Shown: positions 31,677 to 36,020 of the stretch, in pieces | How positions within the stretch are numbered: position 1 is the first letter of the stretch | How the letters are laid out: each line of letters opens with the position of its first letter | NCBI GenBank assembly: GCA_964538815.1 | Contig: CAZIHL010000004.1 | Coordinates: 3,122 to 39,141 of the forward strand | Length of the DNA: 36,020 nt | Reading direction: 5' to 3' | Source of the DNA: an uncultured Candidatus Saccharibacteria bacterium | Lineage (GTDB): Bacteria; Patescibacteriota; Minisyncoccia; Phycocordibacterales; UBA5272 | Program-made: the position numbers and the translations under genes | The notes under the pieces: model-generated | What the model was told of the DNA's origin: nothing | Database searches by the model: none | What the model saw: only the letters and a program-made list of their open reading frames with translations

Positions 31677-33473
31677 ATGATTTTATTAAATTTATTAGTA
31701 TCTCAAAATGTTATAACAGAACTTGAATCTAGAGCTATAGAAGAAGAAACTAAATCTTCTAATATGCCAATAGACGAAATTTTATCTGAACATAATGTCT
31801 CTGAGGCAGCAGTTTTAACAGCTAGAAATGCTTTATATGGTATACCAGTTTATAATGGAGATAAAGAATTAGCAGATAAGGCACTTTATACAATTTTTGA
31901 TAAAGATAAAGCAGAAAGATATTTAACCATACCATTAGGATTGCGTCCATTAGAGGATGAGTTTGATATAAATAATTTAGAGTTACGTAATGAAATTCAA
32001 AAAAGTGGAGAATTTATAAAAAATAAAGAAATAGTAGATGAAGTATTGGTTGGAGTGGTTGATCCGGAAAGGAAAAATGTTTTAGATGCCCTTCAATTTA
32101 TACTAACTTCCGCCGGAGTATCATATAAAATATATCTTATTTCTTTAAGTGAATTTAAAAGAAGGTTTGAAGGATATTCTTTATCTGGTGAGAAAATATC
32201 TCCTCAATATTCTAGAAAAAGAGAAAGTTCAGAAGATGTAAAAGAAGATGTTATGGATATAACAGGTGAAGATGATACTTTGCTAGAATCTTTAGTTGAT
32301 TCTATACCTATGGTTAAAATGATGAATATTATTTTAAAAAATTCTATAATAAATATAGCTTCTGATATACATATAGAAAATATAGGAGATACAGTGAGAG
32401 TACGTACCCGTATAGACGGTGTATTGGCAACAAGATTTACAATACCTGGAGTTAGACATTCGGCTATGGTTGCTAGAATAAAAATTCTTTGTGGTCTTAA
32501 ATTGGACGAAAAAAGAAAACCGCAAGATGGTAGATTTTCAGTAAAATATGATGGCCATAAAATAGATTTTCGTGTATCTACTTTTCCTGCATATTATGGT
32601 GAAAAGGTGGTAATAAGAATTTTGGATAGTTATAGAGGAGTTAAAAAGCTTGAAGATATAGGACTATCTGATTTTCATATGGCCCAAATTCGTAGAGCTT
32701 TAACTAAACCATATGGTATTATTTTAATTTCTGGTCCAACAGGATCAGGTAAAACCACTACTTTATATTCTATGCTTAATGAAGTGGATAGAGAAAAGAA
32801 AAATGTGGTATCTTTGGAAGACCCTATTGAATATAATATTCCAAGTATGAATCAATCTCAAATATTTCCAGAAATTGGTTATACATTTGCAAATGGTCTT
32901 CGTTCTATTTTGCGCCAAGACCCAGATGTAATAATGGTAGGAGAAATTCGTGACTCGGAAACAGCTCAACTTGCTATTCAGGCAGCACTTACTGGACATT
33001 TAGTATTTTCAACAATACATACAAATAATTCTATTGGTGTAATTACTCGTCTTCTTGATATGGGAGTAGATCCTTTCCTTATTGCTCCAACTTTAAATCT
33101 GGCTATTGCCCAAAGATTAACTAGAAAAATAGCAGATAATTGTAGACAAGAGATAGATGATAAAGGTATAGAAGCCATAATTCAAAATAGTTTTAAAGAT
33201 TTAGGAGAAGAATTTAAGAAAGATCTTTTACTCGATCAAAAACCACACAATGCAGTACCATCATCAACAAATCCTTCAGGACTCAAAGGTAGAATGCCTG
33301 TTTTCGAAATGTTAGAAGTAGACGGCGAAATAGAAAATTTGATTCTAAATAGAAAATCAGAAGATGAAATATGGCAAGCCGCAAGAAAGAAAGGAATGAT
33401 AAATATGAAAGAAGACGCAATGCTAAAAAGTATTAAAGGAATTATTCCTTTCACTGAAGTTGAAGGCGTATAG
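31677..33473 (+). CDS. pilB: Type IV pilus assembly ATPase PilB (GspE family)
   Basis: N-terminal MshEN/T2SS-E_N-like domain, Walker A GPTGSGKTTT, Asp box, Walker B DPDVIMVGEIRD, His box GHLVFSTIHTN. Confidence 0.9.
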   Translation: MILLNLLVSQNVITELESRAIEEETKSSNMPIDEILSEHNVSEAAVLTARNALYGIPVYNGDKELADKALYTIFDKDKAERYLTIPLGLRPLEDEFDINNLELRNEIQKSGEFIKNKEIVDEVLVGVVDPERKNVLDALQFILTSAGVSYKIYLISLSEFKRRFEGYSLSGEKISPQYSRKRESSEDVKEDVMDITGEDDTLLESLVDSIPMVKMMNIILKNSIINIASDIHIENIGDTVRVRTRIDGVLATRFTIPGVRHSAMVARIKILCGLKLDEKRKPQDGRFSVKYDGHKIDFRVSTFPAYYGEKVVIRILDSYRGVKKLEDIGLSDFHMAQIRRALTKPYGIILISGPTGSGKTTTLYSMLNEVDREKKNVVSLEDPIEYNIPSMNQSQIFPEIGYTFANGLRSILRQDPDVIMVGEIRDSETAQLAIQAALTGHLVFSTIHTNNSIGVITRLLDMGVDPFLIAPTLNLAIAQRLTRKIADNCRQEIDDKGIEAIIQNSFKDLGEEFKKDLLLDQKPHNAVPSSTNPSGLKGRMPVFEMLEVDGEIENLILNRKSEDEIWQAARKKGMINMKEDAMLKSIKGIIPFTEVEGV

Positions 33474-33475
33474 AT

Positions 33476-34000
33476 ATGAACCTATATAAAGTTTTTAAAA
33501 ATAAAATAAATATTAAAGTATTTTTATTTTTTATGTTTATTTTTAGTTTGCTTTATTTTGTTTTTAAAAATCTAGGAAGTGCTATAAATATTCTAAAAGT
33601 CCCACTTTTTACTTTTCAAGAAAAATTAAACTTATTTTTTCTATCTCTTTTTGATGTTAGTGAACTTAAAAGCATTTCAATGTTTATTTTAGTTTTACTT
33701 TTTATCTTTTCTATATCTTTATTTTGTCTTTTATTATTTATTTTATTTAAAGAAAGTAAAAAGATAAATCATAAGAAAAGCTTCTTAAATACATTTTCTA
33801 TTTTTATTTCTATTTTAGGTCTTTCTTGTGCAAGTTGTGGAATTGGTTTACTCGCTTCTATACTTTCATTTTTTGGAGTATCTTCTTTAATTACTTATTT
33901 TCCACTCCATGGTGCAGAGCTTGGATATTTAGGAGTTATATTTTTAAATATCAGTAATTATTTTCTACTTAGAAGGCTAAAAAGTCCATATACTTGCTAA
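33476..34000 (+). CDS. Polytopic membrane protein with an intramembrane CxxC (CASC), coupled to pilB
   Basis: 2-nt gap after pilB. ~5 hydrophobic helices, LSCASCGIG in a helix, and a C-terminal Cys. Confidence 0.45.
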   Translation: MNLYKVFKNKINIKVFLFFMFIFSLLYFVFKNLGSAINILKVPLFTFQEKLNLFFLSLFDVSELKSISMFILVLLFIFSISLFCLLLFILFKESKKINHKKSFLNTFSIFISILGLSCASCGIGLLASILSFFGVSSLITYFPLHGAELGYLGVIFLNISNYFLLRRLKSPYTC

Positions 34001-34029
34001 AAATTAGGATTGTTTAAATTCTATTTTTG

Positions 34030-34038
34030 TGTTAAAAT
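34030..34038 (+). promoter_or_regulatory. Extended -10 element TGtTAAAAT
   Basis: 33 nt upstream of tRNA-Ile(GAT). Confidence 0.45.
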
Positions 34039-34071
34039 GTTCCTATCTTTTAAGAATACTTAAAAGTGTTT

Positions 34072-34148
34072 GCGCGATTAGCTCAGCTGGCTAGAGCATT
34101 CGACTGATACTCGAAAGGTCCTTGGTTCAAGTCCAAGATCGCGCACCA
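34072..34148 (+). tRNA. tRNA-Ile (anticodon GAT), CCA encoded
   Basis: GCGCGAT/ATCGCGC acceptor, GCTC/GAGC D-stem, TTCGA-CTGATAC-TCGAA anticodon arm, CTTGG-TTCAAGT-CCAAG T-arm, A-CCA. Confidence 0.95.
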
Positions 34149-34167
34149 GAAATAATAGAAAGTAAAA

Positions 34168-34188
34168 GTGGCTCCCGATGGGAGCCGC
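34168..34188 (-). terminator. Hairpin GCGGCTCCC-atc-GGGAGCCAC followed by TTTTACTTT (minus strand)
   Basis: 9-bp stem (one G-U pair) with the T-run on the minus strand, downstream of the ORF at 34209-34565. Confidence 0.6.
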
Positions 34189-34208
34189 TTAGCTTTGAGT
34201 ATTAAAGC

Positions 34209-34565
34209 TTACTTTACAATTGTTGTAGGTAAAAGCATTGAATAAGATCCTTTACTTTTAATTTTTCGATGAAAAATATTGTGAGGGAATTCTCTTGTAT
34301 TGCCGCGTAACCAGTTCAACATTTCCGTCGAAATGACAGGGAAGCAAGTTAACCGCTCTCCTTTGTAATTGATTGGTATCATACTATTATTTGAATTTCT
34401 AGCGTTCAAATAATTAGAGATACCATTTTGGGCAGTATTGTTTTCAGTGTGAACAAGAAATTCCTCATCTCTAAATTTTAATTTAGGGAAATTTCTTTTA
34501 GTTAAAGTATTTTTATTTTTGGCTCCTTTTTTTAAAAGAGCTTGCATTATTTTTTCTGATTGCAT
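34209..34565 (-). CDS. Hypothetical 118-aa protein
   Basis: ORF with its own terminator. No family recognised. Confidence 0.4.
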   Translation of the reverse strand: MQSEKIMQALLKKGAKNKNTLTKRNFPKLKFRDEEFLVHTENNTAQNGISNYLNARNSNNSMIPINYKGERLTCFPVISTEMLNWLRGNTREFPHNIFHRKIKSKGSYSMLLPTTIVK

Positions 34566-34660
34566 TTTTAAAATGTTTTAGGTGAAGAATATAATACGTT
34601 TCCAACATACATTATACCACTTATTTAGTAGAAAAGCAATAGTAAAAGACAAAGCTGTTA

Positions 34661-34669
34661 TGTTATTAT
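34661..34669 (+). promoter_or_regulatory. Extended -10 element TGtTATTAT
   Basis: 11 nt upstream of rsmI. Confidence 0.4.
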
Positions 34670-34680
34670 AAATTCAAAAT

Positions 34681-35370
34681 ATGTCTCAATTCTATATAGT
34701 TGGTACTCCAATAGGCAATCTTGAAGATATGACTTTTCGTGCTGTACGGATTTTAAAAGAAGTAGATTTAATATTATGTGAAGATGTTTCTAATGCACAA
34801 AAACTTTTTAAACATTTTGAAATTTCTACAAAAGCAACAAACTATTTTGCAAATTCTAAATTATCGAAAATAGATAGTATATTAAAAGATTTAGAAGAAG
34901 GTAAAAATATTGCACTCATTTCTGATGCTGGTATGCCGACTATATCAGATCCAGGAAGTCTTTTAATAAAAAAAATTTATGAAGCAAAAGACAAATATTT
35001 AGATGTAGATATAAAAGTTATACCAGGAGTAACAGCTTTAACTTCAGCCTATGCTCTTTCAGGATTTACTGGAAATGAATTTACTTTTTATGGTTTTCTT
35101 CCACATAAAAAGGGGAGAGAAACAATTTTTAAAGAAATTGCAGAAAGTAAGCGGATCTCTATTTTTTATGAGTCGGTTCACCGCATAGAAAAATGTATTG
35201 AAAGTTTATCAAAGATTTTAGGAGAAAATAGAATGGTAGTGATAGCAAGAGAATTGACAAAAATTTATGAAGAAGTGATTAGAGGAAATGTTATAGAAAT
35301 AAAAAAATATTTTGAAGAAAATAAAACTAAAATTAAAGGGGAGTTTGTGATAATTGTAGACGGAAAATAA
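34681..35370 (+). CDS. rsmI: 16S rRNA (cytidine1402-2'-O)-methyltransferase RsmI
   Basis: FYIVGTPIGNLEDMTFRAVRILKEVDLILCEDV and SDAGMPTISDPG are typical of RsmI (tetrapyrrole-methylase fold). Confidence 0.9.
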   Translation: MSQFYIVGTPIGNLEDMTFRAVRILKEVDLILCEDVSNAQKLFKHFEISTKATNYFANSKLSKIDSILKDLEEGKNIALISDAGMPTISDPGSLLIKKIYEAKDKYLDVDIKVIPGVTALTSAYALSGFTGNEFTFYGFLPHKKGRETIFKEIAESKRISIFYESVHRIEKCIESLSKILGENRMVVIARELTKIYEEVIRGNVIEIKKYFEENKTKIKGEFVIIVDGK

Positions 35371-35405
35371 TTATTTTGTTATACTTTAAAAGTTAAATAA
35401 AAATT

Positions 35406-35564
35406 ATGTCAAAAAGATTTTTTCAAAGATTAATAGCGATTTTAATTATAGTTATAATTTTATTTATAGATATTCCAAATGTATTTAAAGATGTTATTTT
35501 TATTATTTTTTCAATAGCTCTATTTTTATCAACATTTGATATTCGTAGAAATAAAAGGATATAA
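35406..35564 (+). CDS. Possible 52-aa two-TM peptide
   Basis: MSKRFFQRLIAILIIVIILFIDIPNVFKDVIFIIFSIALFLSTFDIRRNKRI, read from the sequence. It is below the ORF-track cut-off. Confidence 0.3.
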   Translation: MSKRFFQRLIAILIIVIILFIDIPNVFKDVIFIIFSIALFLSTFDIRRNKRI

Positions 35565-35591
35565 AAATCTTTTGCAAATAAAAAGAATTTT

Positions 35592-35600
35592 TGTTATAAT
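35592..35600 (+). promoter_or_regulatory. Extended -10 element TGtTATAAT
   Basis: About 18 nt upstream of the first pseudo-tRNA module. Confidence 0.5.
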
Positions 35601-35617
35601 TATTTAACAATAAATAT

Positions 35618-35670
35618 TTCGCGACCGCTCAATGGTAGGAGCGTAGCGAGAATAATTAAAAACAAAATAT
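35618..35670 (+). other. Short pseudo-tRNA module: D-arm of an unidentified tRNA (GCTCAATGGTAGGAGC), shared linker GTAGCGAGAATAAT, leader AAAACAAAATAT
   Basis: Read directly. The linker start GAGCGTAGCGAGA is identical to that of the tRNA-Thr module at 9324-9336. Confidence 0.7.
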
Positions 35671-35785
35671 TCCGTGGTAGCTCAGCGGCAAGAGCGAAGC
35701 GAATATAAATGACAGTTGCGCCAACTGCGACTTTTAAGAAAAGAGTTGGTTGAAATTAAAATCGTAAAAATTGAAAACAAAATAT
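35671..35785 (+). repeat. Pseudo-tRNA-Asn module, copy 1 (115 nt)
   Basis: The first 18 nt equal the tRNA-Asn 5' end. It continues as CAAGAGCGAAGCGAATATAAATGACA, hairpin CAGTTG-cgc-CAACTG, CGACTTTT, and GAAAAGAGTTGG...AAAACAAAATAT. Confidence 0.85.
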
Positions 35786-35897
35786 TCCGTGGTAGCTCAG
35801 CGGCAAGAGCGCGAATATAAATGACAGTTGCGCCAACTGCGACTTTTAAGAAAAGAGTTGGTTGAAATTAAAATCGTAAAAATTGAAAACAAAATAT
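35786..35897 (+). repeat. Pseudo-tRNA-Asn module, copy 2 (112 nt)
   Basis: Identical to copy 1 except for a 3-nt AAG deletion in the linker (GAGCG-CGAAT). Confidence 0.85.
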
Positions 35898-35972
35898 TCC
35901 GTGGTAGCTCAGCGGTAGAGCAGTTGGCTGTTAACCAATTGGTCGCAGGTTCGATCCCTGCCCACGGAGCCA
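35898..35972 (+). tRNA. tRNA-Asn (anticodon GTT), CCA encoded
   Basis: TCCGTGG/CCACGGA acceptor, GCTC/GAGC D-stem, GTTGG-CTGTTAA-CCAAT anticodon arm, GCAGG-TTCGATC-CCTGC T-arm, G-CCA. Confidence 0.95.
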
Positions 35973-36020
35973 AGTAGAAAAAACAGGGTTTAAAGGCTCT
36001 TTAAGTAAATATATAGAGAT

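Noticed and set aside
66-33454. Antisense or overlapping ORFs in the six-frame track: 66-254, 7952-8284, 8417-8608, 12145-12474, 12652-12852, 13433-13924, 13870-14103, 14036-14293, 16053-16247, 20091-20288, 20852-21064, 21690-21959, 26898-27092, 29533-29796, 31470-31673, 32334-32525, 32763-32999, 32978-33178 and 33236-33454.
   Set aside because: Each lies inside, and opposite or out of frame to, a CDS with clear homology-type motifs. Their translations are low-complexity (Ile/Phe/Leu/Ser-rich) with no recognisable motifs. They are typical shadow ORFs.
35671-35897. Possible CRISPR array suggested by the regularly spaced repeats before tRNA-Asn.
   Set aside because: The entire 112-115 nt unit is repeated, including what would be spacers. 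There are only two copies, no cas genes, and the repeats begin with a tRNA 5' fragment. This is tandem duplication, not repeat-spacer architecture.
1-36020. Alternative genetic code (UGA as Gly or Trp), as in some CPR lineages.
   Set aside because: All conserved genes (gyrB, thrS, pheT, glyQS, pilB and others) are full length with no in-frame TGA under the standard code. The short ATG-initiated frame at 27390 that ends in TGA would hit a TAA two codons later anyway.

Overview
This is a very AT-rich, gene-dense 36-kb chromosomal segment. All conserved genes are full length under the standard genetic code. The content points to a small-genome Patescibacteria/CPR-like bacterium (inference): domain-minimised aminoacyl-tRNA synthetases, a 157-aa EF-Ts, many small membrane proteins, type IV pilus genes and pervasive TGnTATAAT promoters.

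Gene order:
- 1-3804: four paralogous genes that share a two-helix VirB2/TrbC-pilin-like hairpin, fused to different Cys-rich or Gly-rich surface domains. Two small membrane ORFs sit among them.
- 3807-9244: glyQS, rpmG, rplY, a coiled-coil lytic transglycosylase, rpsB and tsf.
- 9302-9486: a chimeric pseudo-tRNA module followed by tRNA-Thr(UGU).
- 9578-11633 (minus strand): a processive GT2 glycosyltransferase and a thioredoxin-like membrane protein.
- 11738-15149: pheS, a GIY-YIG/T5orf172 gene remnant, and pheT.
- 15242-22446: a polytopic membrane protein with a pseudopilin-like head, a PyrD-like gene, gyrB, an orphan BamHI/BglII-like nuclease and thrS.
- 22582-27364: lemA, a coupled unknown gene, htpX, membrane proteins and an MliC+META protein.
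- 27716-28755: tRNA-Ser(GGA), tRNA-Ile(UAU) and comFC.
- 28781-34148: pilM, pilN-like, pilO-like, a small TM gene, pilB, a CxxC membrane protein and tRNA-Ile(GAU).
- 34209-35972: a hypothetical gene, rsmI, and three pseudo-tRNA modules followed by tRNA-Asn(GUU).

Most interesting observations:
1. PheT carries an inserted NlpC/P60-like Cys-His-His domain.
2. Conserved chimeric modules sit upstream of two unrelated tRNA genes. Each has a tRNA 5' fragment, a shared linker and a hairpin.
3. A 33-nt GC-rich perfect palindrome is inserted in frame in comFC. It is related to the local terminator hairpins.
4. The pilin-hairpin paralog cluster carries a repeated four-Cys module.

All domain calls rest on motif recognition by eye. 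No database search was run.
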